The position numbers and the translations under genes are program-made. From Polyangiaceae bacterium (GTDB lineage: Bacteria; Myxococcota_A; Polyangia; Polyangiales; Polyangiaceae), in NCBI GenBank assembly GCA_035063585.1, contig JAPSGB010000003.1, positions 96,001-160,000 on the forward strand: 64,000 nucleotides of DNA, written 5' to 3'. Shown one piece after another: positions 9,595-18,124 of this stretch. Position 1 is the stretch's first letter; each line of letters begins with the position of its first letter. The notes under the pieces were generated by a model. It made no database searches and had not been told where the DNA came from. It saw nothing but the letters and a program-made list of their open reading frames with translations.

Positions 9595-10557
9595 CTAGCG
9601 AGCGCGACTCGAGCCGTCGCTCGCCGCAGGGCCCGCGCCCTCGGCGACGCGGCGGATGGCGCGGATGATGGTGTGGAGATCTCGCACCCCGTCGATGACC
9701 TCGCTCCGCGCGAGCTCGTAGCACGCGGCGTCGAGCGTCTCGTCGTCGGTGGCGAGCTCGCCGCGGAGCACGCCCGCGAGCAGCGCCGAGAGCCGTCGGG
9801 CCGCGCCCTCGGACGCGAAGAGATCTCCGCCGAGCTCGGGGGCCGCGCCGCCGGCCGCGCCGATGAAGCCAATCGCCTCCTCCAACACCACATCCCACGG
9901 CGGGCGCGCGTCGACGGCGTCCGGGCGGAGCTCGGCGTTCGTGAAGTCGCCGGGGGCGAGGTCGCCGTAGGCCTTCGCGTACTCTTCGACGATGAGGCGC
10001 GTGAGCTCGGCGGGGTCGAGCGGCGCGCCGCGCATCGTCTCGAGCGTCGCGGGGATCGCGCCGAGGAACGGATCGAGCGCGCGGAGCGGGTAGCCATCGA
10101 AGCGCGCCGGGAGCAAGAAGGAGTGCGAGACGGGGAGGATCGCCTCGACCCACGCCGCGCGGTCGTCGTAGAGCGCGAAGCCGACCCAGGCGATCGGGCG
10201 GTGGTCCGCGCTCACCCAGTCGCGGCCGAAGTAGCTCGCGCGCACGCCGGCCCGCCGGAGCGCGCGGAGCAGCGGGCGGACGTAACGGTTCAGCAGGCGG
10301 TCGTCCGGGCAGTCGGTGAGCGCGCCCGGGCTCGGCAGCGCGAGCGCCAGGTGGAGCGTCCCCGGGCCCACGATGAGCGCCGGGCCGCCGGAGGCGCGGC
10401 GGGTGAGCGCGTAGCCGGCGCGCGAGAGCTCGGGGGTGCGGACCGCGCTCGCGGCGCGCTGATACGCGCCGAGCACGCACTCGTGGCGCTCGACGGGGAC
10501 CAGCGCGAGCCGCGCGGCGTCCGGAGCGATGCGGGGGCGAGGCGGAGGCGTCGTCAT
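9595..10557 (-). CDS. Lipoate-protein ligase (BPL/LplA/LipB superfamily)-like protein, divergent
   Basis: VLGAYQ and RRASGGPALIVGPGTL match the LplA RRxSGGGAV motif; downstream GRDWV matches the GRND position. Confidence 0.65.
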   Translation of the reverse strand: MTTPPPRPRIAPDAARLALVPVERHECVLGAYQRAASAVRTPELSRAGYALTRRASGGPALIVGPGTLHLALALPSPGALTDCPDDRLLNRYVRPLLRALRRAGVRASYFGRDWVSADHRPIAWVGFALYDDRAAWVEAILPVSHSFLLPARFDGYPLRALDPFLGAIPATLETMRGAPLDPAELTRLIVEEYAKAYGDLAPGDFTNAELRPDAVDARPPWDVVLEEAIGFIGAAGGAAPELGGDLFASEGAARRLSALLAGVLRGELATDDETLDAACYELARSEVIDGVRDLHTIIRAIRRVAEGAGPAASDGSSRAR

Positions 10558-10712
10558 CCGGGAGGGCGTGCGGGGGATTCGAGCGCGCGTCGAGCCCGCG
10601 CGCCGAGCCCAGGTTACTCCTCGCGGGGGAGCCCGGCCCGCCCGAAATGCGCCGAGGCCGCGACCTCGCGGGCCGCGGCCTCGGCAGGCGCTCTCGCTTG
10701 CGGCTCGCGCGC

Positions 10713-13109
10713 CTACTTGATGATCACGCGGTCGGTCGCGAGCTTGAAGTACGACGAGTACCCCGCCGCCTGGAGGCAGGCGTCGAGCGGGACCGTCTTG
10801 CCGTTCTTGTCCTTGCAGCCGTTGACCTGCTTGTTCGCTCCCGCGCTGAACTTATAGGGCGGCGTGGTGCCGGCGGGGATCTTGGCGGGGTCGGACTGAT
10901 CGGGCTGGGTGGGGGCGACCGCCTCGACGAAGACGAGCACCCTGCACCCGCCCACGATGAGATCGAGGAGTGAGTTGTTCGCGTTGTACGCCGAGCACAC
11001 GCCGGTGATCCCGTCGGTGAGCATCACCTTCGACATCGAGTACGCGCTCACGTTGCCGCAGAGCTTGCCGGCGCCGTTGTCGTTCTGCGTGCCGCCGGTC
11101 TGGAAGCTCGTGAGCGCGGGGTCGAGGTGCTCGCTCGCGAGGTGCCCGGGCGGGTTTCCGGTCGAGGTCGTCGGCGTCGAGGTGGAGCCGAGCTTCACCT
11201 GTACCTTGCCCTGCGAGATCTGGAGCGGGGCCGGCGAGCCGCTGATCGAGATGGTCAGCGTGATGTTGCCCGGGCCGACGCTGAGCACGCTGCCGGCGAT
11301 GCTGCCCGAGAGGGTACCGGTGGGTCTGCGGTTCGCGTCGAGGGAGAGCGGGTCGGCCGTGTACCACCAGTCGAGGTCGGTCGTGGCGCCGGCGCCGCCC
11401 GGATACGTCACGCCGCCCGGAAGGAGCGGAGTCCCGCTCATGAACCCGACCTTGACCGCCGAGTCCGCCGTGCCCGAGAGGTCATCGAGATCGAGGAACT
11501 GGGCGAGCACCGAGATGCTGCCGTCCGCGACCCCCTTGTCGAGCGCGTCCTGGAGCTGCCCCTGCGCCGCGCTCTTGATCGCGCCGCCGAGCGCGTTCGC
11601 CGTGCAGTACGCATTCGCGCCGCTGTCCTTGGCCCACTGCATCTTGAGGTACGTGACGCGGTGATCCTGCTCGAACTTGCAGGTCGCGTCGCAGCCGTCG
11701 AGGTTCGTGGTGTTGCCGTCGTCGCACTGCTCGCCCGCCTCGCGCGTACCGTTGCCGCACGCGGCCGCCGTGATGGTGTGGCACTGCGCGTCGCAGGTGG
11801 CGCTGCCGGGCGGCTCGCACTGTTCACCCTTCGTCGAGTCGACGCAGCCGTCACCGCAGGTCGACGAGGCGCAGGCGCCGCTCTGGCACACGCCTCCGCC
11901 CGCGCACGCGGTGCAACTGGCGGCGTTGGTGCCCGCCGCGCACTTCTTCACCGTCTGACCACCCGAGCTGCTGGTCGTGCAGGACTCGGCGCCGTTGCAC
12001 GAGTTGCCGTCCGAGCAGTCCGCCGCCGAATTGCACGCGAACTTGCAGCTGCCGGGCAGGCAGCCGTTGGCCGCCGAGTTGTTGCCGCCGAGATCGCAGT
12101 CCTCGCCCGCGTTCTTGACGCCGTCACCGCAGGAGGCCGTGGTGCAGACGCCGCTCTTGCAGGTCTCTCCGTTCGAGCCGCACGAGACGCCGTCGCCGAG
12201 CGGCGTCCCGGTCCGGCAGGCCTGCCCGGTCGCGCCGCCGACGGTCACCGTCGTGCAGGTGTTGGTGCCGCCGCAGAGATCGCCCGTCACGCAGGAGTCG
12301 GGGGTCTTGGTGCACGAGAACTTGCAGTCTACCTCGCAGCCGGTATCCGCGCCGTTCGCGGGGCCGAAATCGCAGTCCTCTCCGGAGTCGAGGTGGCCGT
12401 CGCCGCACGACGCTGGCTTGCACGCGCCGTCCTGGCAGGTACCGCCGGTGCAGGCGGTGCCGTTCGCCTTGTTCGCGCCCGCGGCGCAGGTGTGCGCGCC
12501 GTCGTCGCAGGTGCCGCTTTCGACGCACTCGCTCGTCGAGGCGCAGTTTCGCGTCGCGTCCGTCGAGAGGCAGGAGAACTTACAGGAGTCGCAGCCGTCG
12601 CCCAGGGTGACGTTGCCGTCGTCGCACTCCTCTCCCTGGTCGATGAAGCCGTCGCCGCACTTCACGTCCGAGCAGACGCCGTCGTGGCATACCTGGTCGG
12701 TGCCGCAGCTCGTGCCGTTGGCCGCCTGGCCTGGCGAGCCGCAGGTGTGCGTAGCGAGGTCGCACGCCTCGGCGCCGTTGCACGGGTCACCGTCGTCGCA
12801 GTTCGAATCCTTGCGGCAGCTGAAGCTGCACTCGTTGTTGCAGCCGTCGTTGGGATCGTCGTTGCCGTCGTCGCACTCCTCGGGCGCCTGGACGACCCCG
12901 TCGTGGTTGCAGTTCGTCTGTTGCCCTCCGTCGGGCTGCTCGGCGTCGGTGTCGGCGTCGCTGCCCGCGTCGCTGCTCGCGCCGCCGGTGCCCGAGCCGT
13001 CACCCGACGACTCGTCTCCGCCGCCGCAGCCGGCCGGCGCGAGGAGCGAGAGGCCTCCGAGGAGAGCGAGCGTGAAGACCGCACTGGTTCCTGAACGTAA
13101 ACGACCCAT
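10713..13109 (-). CDS. Large Cys-rich lipoprotein with DUF4215 / myxobacterial CGDG..EECDDGN repeats and a C-terminal globular domain
   Basis: Lipobox LAPAGC; many CGDG/CGNG...E(E/Q)CDDGN...DGC units. Start at ATG 13109. Confidence 0.85.
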   Translation of the reverse strand: MGRLRSGTSAVFTLALLGGLSLLAPAGCGGGDESSGDGSGTGGASSDAGSDADTDAEQPDGGQQTNCNHDGVVQAPEECDDGNDDPNDGCNNECSFSCRKDSNCDDGDPCNGAEACDLATHTCGSPGQAANGTSCGTDQVCHDGVCSDVKCGDGFIDQGEECDDGNVTLGDGCDSCKFSCLSTDATRNCASTSECVESGTCDDGAHTCAAGANKANGTACTGGTCQDGACKPASCGDGHLDSGEDCDFGPANGADTGCEVDCKFSCTKTPDSCVTGDLCGGTNTCTTVTVGGATGQACRTGTPLGDGVSCGSNGETCKSGVCTTASCGDGVKNAGEDCDLGGNNSAANGCLPGSCKFACNSAADCSDGNSCNGAESCTTSSSGGQTVKKCAAGTNAASCTACAGGGVCQSGACASSTCGDGCVDSTKGEQCEPPGSATCDAQCHTITAAACGNGTREAGEQCDDGNTTNLDGCDATCKFEQDHRVTYLKMQWAKDSGANAYCTANALGGAIKSAAQGQLQDALDKGVADGSISVLAQFLDLDDLSGTADSAVKVGFMSGTPLLPGGVTYPGGAGATTDLDWWYTADPLSLDANRRPTGTLSGSIAGSVLSVGPGNITLTISISGSPAPLQISQGKVQVKLGSTSTPTTSTGNPPGHLASEHLDPALTSFQTGGTQNDNGAGKLCGNVSAYSMSKVMLTDGITGVCSAYNANNSLLDLIVGGCRVLVFVEAVAPTQPDQSDPAKIPAGTTPPYKFSAGANKQVNGCKDKNGKTVPLDACLQAAGYSSYFKLATDRVIIK

Positions 13110-13350
13110 GTTGTGTGCCTCCGGGCTTGCGACTCGACCCGAGCGAGCCAACGTGTGGCCCGCATCATACGCCCGGCCGGCCGGCGGTGTGGCATCAGAA
13201 ATCCTGCAACGCAGCGCGTTGTAAGGGAATTTCTCGCTTGCCGCGCTGCGGCACGGGGCCTTGGCGCCGCCGCAGGGGAGCAATTCGAGCCGCGCCGCGG
13301 TCGGTTCTCCCTCGCGCGGACGGCGCGACTGCGCTACGAGTCGCGGCCGG

Positions 13351-13424
13351 GCGCCCGTAGCTCAGCTGGATAGAGCGCCAGCCTCCGGAGCTGGAAGTCG
13401 CAGGTTCGAATCCTGCCGGGCGCG
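13351..13424 (+). tRNA. tRNA-Arg (anticodon CCG); CCA not encoded
   Basis: Acceptor stem GCGCCCG/CGGGCGC, D-arm GCTCAGCTGGATAGAGC, anticodon arm CCAGC-CTCCGGA-GCTGG, T-arm GCAGGTTCGAATCCTGC. Confidence 0.96.
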
Positions 13425-13502
13425 CTCGAGCCCGCCTCGTAGGCCGGCTCGGGCCGCCCCCCGCTGGCGCGGCGCCATGGCTCGCGGCCATACTCGCGCG
13501 CC

Positions 13503-14792
13503 ATGACGCACCCCCTCCGCCGGCACCTCGACCAAGCGCGCCGCGTGCGCCCCTCCGCCATCCGTGGCGACGAGCGCCCGGCCGAGATCGTGACCGACAA
13601 GTTCCCGGCCTACGCGGGGCGAAGCCTCCGGCTCGCCTACGAGCTCATGCGCGCGACGGTCGAGCGGCGCGCGGCGACCTTCCTCACCCTCGCGGGCGCG
13701 ATGACGCCGGCCGGGCTCCACTCGTCGTGCCTCGTGCCGCTCATCGAGCGCGGGCTCATCGACGTCATCACCACCACCGGCGCGAACCTCTACCACGACG
13801 CTCACCGCGTGATCGGCCACGCGGTGAGCGAGATCGATCCGGCGGCGGGCGATCTCGCGATGAGGAAGGCGCGTGTCATCCGCATCTACGATCTCGCGTT
13901 TCCCGAGGAGGCGCTGCTCGACACCGATCGCCTGTTTTCGGCCATCATCAGCAAGCCCGCCTTTCAGAAGCGCATGACCACGCCCGAGTTCCACCGCCTC
14001 CTCGGCCAGGAGCTCGCGCGGCTCGAGGAGCGGCTCGGCGTGAAGGAGCCGTCGCTGCTCGCCACGGCGTACCGCCACGACGTCCCCATCTTCGTCGGCG
14101 CGGTCCAAGACGGCTCGATCTTCCTGAACGTCGTGAAGCTGAAGGCGCTCCTCGGCGACGCCTTCCGCTGCGAGCTCGATCCGGCGGCGGATGTCTTCGA
14201 GATGGCCGCGGTGCAGCACTACTGCGACGAGACGCTCGGCTTGCCGCTCGCGGTGTGGATGCTCGGCGGCGGCGTGCCGAAGAACTACACGCTGCAGGGC
14301 GAGCCGCTCCTCTCGCAGATCCTGGAGGTGCCGACGCCGGGCTTCGACATCGACGTGCAGATCTGCGTCGACGTCGCCGACAACGGCGCGCTCTCCGGCG
14401 CGACCGCGTCCGAGGGCCACACCTGGGGCAAGACCACCGCCGAGAGCGTGAAGCACGGCAGCGTGTATCTTCGCTCGGACGTCACCGTCGCGATGCCCTG
14501 GCTCACCTACGCGCTCCTGTCCGATCCGAAGATGAAGAAGCCGGGCCTCCGGCTCGCCAAGCGGCTCCCCGAGGCGAACGCGCGGCTCGCGCGCGAGGTG
14601 GAGCGCCGCCGCGCGAAGCTCGAGCGCGGGCTCTCGTTCTCCGGCCTCGACGCCGCTGCTCCGTCGAAGCAGGCGCCGAAGCGGGCGTCGAAGCAGGCGT
14701 CGAAGCAGGCGCCGAAGCAGGCGTCGAAGCAGGCGCCGAAGCAGGCGCCGAAGCAGGCGAAGACGCGTCGGAGCGCCGCGAAGCAGCGCTAG
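13503..14792 (+). CDS. Deoxyhypusine synthase family protein (likely polyamine/homospermidine synthesis) with Lys-rich repeat tail
   Basis: LTLAGAMTPAGL, TTGANLYHD, LGGGVPKN, GALSGAT.SEGHTWGK (catalytic Lys motif), SDVTVAMP. Confidence 0.9.
   Translation: MTHPLRRHLDQARRVRPSAIRGDERPAEIVTDKFPAYAGRSLRLAYELMRATVERRAATFLTLAGAMTPAGLHSSCLVPLIERGLIDVITTTGANLYHDAHRVIGHAVSEIDPAAGDLAMRKARVIRIYDLAFPEEALLDTDRLFSAIISKPAFQKRMTTPEFHRLLGQELARLEERLGVKEPSLLATAYRHDVPIFVGAVQDGSIFLNVVKLKALLGDAFRCELDPAADVFEMAAVQHYCDETLGLPLAVWMLGGGVPKNYTLQGEPLLSQILEVPTPGFDIDVQICVDVADNGALSGATASEGHTWGKTTAESVKHGSVYLRSDVTVAMPWLTYALLSDPKMKKPGLRLAKRLPEANARLAREVERRRAKLERGLSFSGLDAAAPSKQAPKRASKQASKQAPKQASKQAPKQAPKQAKTRRSAAKQR
14663..14758. 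repeat. Coding tandem repeat, 12 bp x8 (G(T/C)CGAAGCAGGC), encodes (S/P)KQA
   Basis: Directly visible. Confidence 0.9.
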
Positions 14793-14837
14793 GGTGGGGG
14801 TCGGTTCGGCGCGGAACCGCGCCGGCGCCCGGGCGCC

Positions 14838-15617
14838 TCAGGAGCGACGGTTGCCCGGCGCGGGGCCCCGGAAGAAGTCTCCCGTGATCCGGATGCGCCG
14901 CTCGGCGGCGCGCGCCGCGGCGGTGCCGCAGCCCATCGACTTCGACGAGGTGAGCCAGCGCTGCCAGAGCGCGCGGTGCTCCCCGCTCGTCGGACAGACG
15001 ACGAGCGGCCCCTCGTAGCGGGCCATCCCGAGCGCGACGATGAACGAGCCCACGCCGAGGCCGTCCATCGAGGCCTGCTCCGCTCCGCCGCCGAAGAGCC
15101 GTACATATTCGAGGCGCTCGCCCGCCGCGCGCAGCACCTCCGGGGCTCGCGCGAGCTCGTCCTCGCGTGGTCGCACCTCCCAGGCGAGCGCGACGTGCTC
15201 GAGCCCGCGCTCGGCGAGCTCGCGCGCGAGCTCGGCCGCGTCGCTCGGGACCGTGCCGTGCGAGACGAGCAGGCGCCCGCCCGCCTTCGCGTAGAGCGCG
15301 TCGAGCTCGGCGAGGCGCTCGAGCGGGACCACCCCGCGCGGCGCCACGATCGGCGCCGAGACGATCGCCGAGCGTTCCGCGGTGGCGAGCTGGCCGAGCG
15401 CTTCCAGGCTCGTGACGTAAATCCCGACGATGGGAAACCCACGCTCGGCGAAGAGCGCGCGGAGCTCCGCGAGCTCGCCGTTCGAGCGCGCGCGCGCCGG
15501 CTCGCCCGCCGCGTCGCAGACGAGCTCGACGCCGCCGAGCCCGCGCCGCTCACACACCTCGAGGAACCCTGCCGCCGGGCGGCCCGGATCGACGCTCTCA
15601 CTGACTGCTTGATACAT
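14838..15617 (-). CDS. Xylose-isomerase-like TIM-barrel hypothetical protein
   Basis: CERRGLGGVEL start, VALAWEV and LEYVRLFGG strands; good SD (GAAGGAAGG) upstream of the ATG. Confidence 0.6.
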   Translation of the reverse strand: MYQAVSESVDPGRPAAGFLEVCERRGLGGVELVCDAAGEPARARSNGELAELRALFAERGFPIVGIYVTSLEALGQLATAERSAIVSAPIVAPRGVVPLERLAELDALYAKAGGRLLVSHGTVPSDAAELARELAERGLEHVALAWEVRPREDELARAPEVLRAAGERLEYVRLFGGGAEQASMDGLGVGSFIVALGMARYEGPLVVCPTSGEHRALWQRWLTSSKSMGCGTAAARAAERRIRITGDFFRGPAPGNRRS

Positions 15618-15742
15618 GGCTTCGAATCACCCTTCCTTCAGCCATACCGCGCCTCGCCCGTCGGCGCGAGCGGAGGCCTCGGCGCGCCGCCGGCCGCGCC
15701 GGACCGACTCCTCGAAGCCAGCCCGGCTCGCATGACCGGCGG

Positions 15743-16144
15743 TCAAAAGACGCCGTCCTCGACGCGCTTCGGATCCCAGCGAGGTTTCCACACGAGCTTG
15801 GCGGAGACGTCGCGCACGCCGGGGAGCGGCTCGAGCGCGGCGTGGATGCCGCCGCGGATCGAGTGCTCGAGCGGGCAGCCGCGCGTGGTGAGCGTGAAGA
15901 CGACCTGCACGTGGCCGTCGTCGTGGCGGACCTCGTACACGAGCCCGAGCGTGACGATGTCGACCCCGAGCTCGGGATCGATCACCTCGCCGAGCGCGCG
16001 GTAGAGTTCGCCCACCATCGGAGCGCTCGCCTCTTGCTCGGCGCGCGAGGGATACGGGCTCACCGGCGCGCTTGCGCCTCCGGGCGGCGCGCCGCGGAGC
16101 GCGGTGAGGAGCCACGCCCACCAGCGGGCCACGCTAGCCGGCAT
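15743..16144 (-). CDS. Metal-sulfur cluster assembly factor (DUF59 / SufT / PaaD-like)
   Basis: LGEVIDPELGVDIVTLGLVY and TLTTRGCPL motifs, LVWKPRWDP. The start may be the downstream ATG at 16018. Confidence 0.88.
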   Translation of the reverse strand: MPASVARWWAWLLTALRGAPPGGASAPVSPYPSRAEQEASAPMVGELYRALGEVIDPELGVDIVTLGLVYEVRHDDGHVQVVFTLTTRGCPLEHSIRGGIHAALEPLPGVRDVSAKLVWKPRWDPKRVEDGVF

Positions 16145-16204
16145 GGACCTCCGTGCGGTCGCTCGGGACCGCGCGCTCAGCCCCCGAGAGCGCCCTAGGA
16201 GTCA

Positions 16205-16231
16205 GAATATGTTTCAAAACGAAACATATTC
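16205..16231. promoter_or_regulatory. Perfect inverted repeat, probable transcription-factor operator between divergent genes
   Basis: GAATATGTTTC-AAAAC-GAAACATATTC (11-5-11); AT-rich island about 60 bp from both start codons. Confidence 0.75.
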
Positions 16232-16287
16232 CGTTCCTGTGGTCCCGCAGGTGACCGGGGTCATGGGCGCGGGCCGGCGCGCGGCGC

Positions 16288-16776
16288 ATGAGCCACCCGA
16301 TGGCCTCCGAGCGCACCGCCGCGCCCGCGTCCCTCGCGGACTCGCGCGTGCTCGTGCGCGCGCGATGGCTCGCGACCGTGGTCGTGCTCTTCGGCGTGGT
16401 CACCATCATCGCGGGGGGCGCCGTGCTCTCGGGGCAGGTGGACGGCGGAAAGGTGGTGCCGTTCGTGCTCTGGTTCAACTTCCTGGCTGGGTTTTTCTAC
16501 GTCGCGGCCGGCGTCGCGATCGCGCGTCTGTCGCGCTGGGCGCCGCGGCTCGCGGGGCTCCTCGCGGGCGCTACCACGGCGCTCGCGGTCGCGTTCGCCG
16601 CGCACGTGGCGCGCGGCGGCGCGTTCGAGCCGCGCACTGCCCTCGCGCTCGCGGTTCGCGCGGGCGCGTGGGCAGTGATCGCCTACGCGAGCGCGCGGCT
16701 GGTCGCCGCCGGGCGCGCGAGCGCCGAACGTCGGCTTGGCAAGCGCGTCGCCGGAGGGCAGGCTCGCCCGCGATGA
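16288..16776 (+). CDS. Integral membrane hypothetical protein (about 4 TM helices)
   Basis: Hydrophobic segments incl. VVPFVLWFNFLAGFFYVAAGVAI; stop overlaps the next start (ATGA). Confidence 0.72.
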   Translation: MSHPMASERTAAPASLADSRVLVRARWLATVVVLFGVVTIIAGGAVLSGQVDGGKVVPFVLWFNFLAGFFYVAAGVAIARLSRWAPRLAGLLAGATTALAVAFAAHVARGGAFEPRTALALAVRAGAWAVIAYASARLVAAGRASAERRLGKRVAGGQARPR

Positions 16777-17279
16777 AGCGCATCACCGAGTACCTCTACG
16801 ACGAGCACCAGCGCCTGCACGCGCTGCTCGAGGCCGCCGATACCGAGCCGGTCGACCTCGACGCGTACGCGTCGTTTCGCGCCATCCTCCTCCGCCACAT
16901 CGGCATCGAGGAGAAGATCCTGTTTCCGGCCGTGAAGCGCGCGCTCGGCCGCCCGCTCGAGGCGGCGCCCATCCTCCGTATCGAGCACGCCGCGCTCACC
17001 TCGCTGATGGTCTCGACCCCGGACCGCGCGCTCATCGCCGAGGTGCGCGGGCTGCTCCATCGCCACGATGAGCGCGAGGAGCGCGAGGGTGGCATCTACG
17101 CCGAGTGCGACGTCGTGCTCGGCGACGAGAGCTTCGCGCTCCACGAGGGCGCGCGCACCCAGCGCGAGGTGCCGGTGTCGAAGTACTACGACGGTCCGGA
17201 GGCCTATCGCACCGCGGCGGCGGCCCTCGCCGCCGCCGAGCGCATCGCGGCCGCGCGAAGACAGCGAAAGCCGGGCTGA
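16773..17279 (+). CDS. Hemerythrin-domain protein
   Basis: DEHQRL, RHIGIEEKILFP, IEHAAL, HDEREE motifs; translationally coupled start at 16773. Confidence 0.85.
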   Translation: MKRITEYLYDEHQRLHALLEAADTEPVDLDAYASFRAILLRHIGIEEKILFPAVKRALGRPLEAAPILRIEHAALTSLMVSTPDRALIAEVRGLLHRHDEREEREGGIYAECDVVLGDESFALHEGARTQREVPVSKYYDGPEAYRTAAAALAAAERIAAARRQRKPG

Positions 17280-17350
17280 ACGAAGGCGCGGTGGTGCGCT
17301 CGCGCGTGGCGCGCGACCCGCGCCGCGGCTCAGGCTAGGCTCGGCTCGTC

Positions 17351-18121
17351 ATGCGCGTCCGCCTGGTCCCGTGCCTCCGTGACAACTACGCTTACCTGGT
17401 CTGGCGCGCCGGCGCGAAGGAGGCGCTGGTCGTCGATCCGAGCGAGACCGAGCCGGTGCTCGAGGCGCTCCGAGTCGAGGGGCTCACGCTCGCCGGGATC
17501 TTGAACACGCATCACCACTACGATCACGTGGGCGGCAACGCCGCGCTCGTCGAGCGGTTCGGGCCGCTCCCGGTCTTCGCGCACGCCTCGGACGCCGGGC
17601 GCGTCCCGGCGCAGACCGTCGAGCTCGAGCAGGGGAGCGTGGTCGCGCTCGCGGGGCTCAGCTTCGACGTCTTGCACGTGCCCGGGCACACGCTCGGGGC
17701 CGTCGCGTACGCGGGGGAGGGCGCGGTGTTCACCGGAGACACGCTCTTCGCGGCGGGCTGCGGTCGTCTGTTCGAGGGCACCGCGGCGATGATGTACGAG
17801 TCGTTGAACTCGAAGCTCGGCGCGCTCCCCGACGCCACCCGCGTCTACCCGGGGCACGAGTACACGGAGACGAACCTCCGCTTCGCCGCGCACGTCGAGC
17901 CGGCCAATCGCGAGGTCGTAGCGAAGCTCGAGCGCGTCCGGGCCGAGCGGTCCCGCGCCGAGCCGACCATCCCCTCCACCATCGGGGAGGAGCGGCTCAC
18001 CAACCCGTTCCTTCGCGTGACGAGCCCGGCGCTCGTCGCGCTCGTCGCCGGCGAGCTCGGCGGCGAGCGCGCGCCCGCTGAGGTGTTCGGCGCGCTCCGC
18101 GCGATGAAGGACGCGTTCTGA
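17351..18121 (+). CDS. gloB: Hydroxyacylglutathione hydrolase (glyoxalase II)
   Basis: DNYAYL, THHHYDHVGG, PGHTLG, FTGDTLFAAGCGRLFEG, GHEYT, STIGEERLTNPFLR. Confidence 0.95.
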   Translation: MRVRLVPCLRDNYAYLVWRAGAKEALVVDPSETEPVLEALRVEGLTLAGILNTHHHYDHVGGNAALVERFGPLPVFAHASDAGRVPAQTVELEQGSVVALAGLSFDVLHVPGHTLGAVAYAGEGAVFTGDTLFAAGCGRLFEGTAAMMYESLNSKLGALPDATRVYPGHEYTETNLRFAAHVEPANREVVAKLERVRAERSRAEPTIPSTIGEERLTNPFLRVTSPALVALVAGELGGERAPAEVFGALRAMKDAF

Positions 18122-18124
18122 GCG

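Noticed and set aside
13351..13500. tRNA-Arg as a possible integration site
   Set aside because: No integrase, no duplicated tRNA 3' end seen, and no compositional shift in the flanks.
16104..16772. N-terminal 223 aa of the 391-aa ORF 16104-17279
   Set aside because: Overlaps the operator and the membrane-protein gene in another frame; the hemerythrin starts at ATG 16773.
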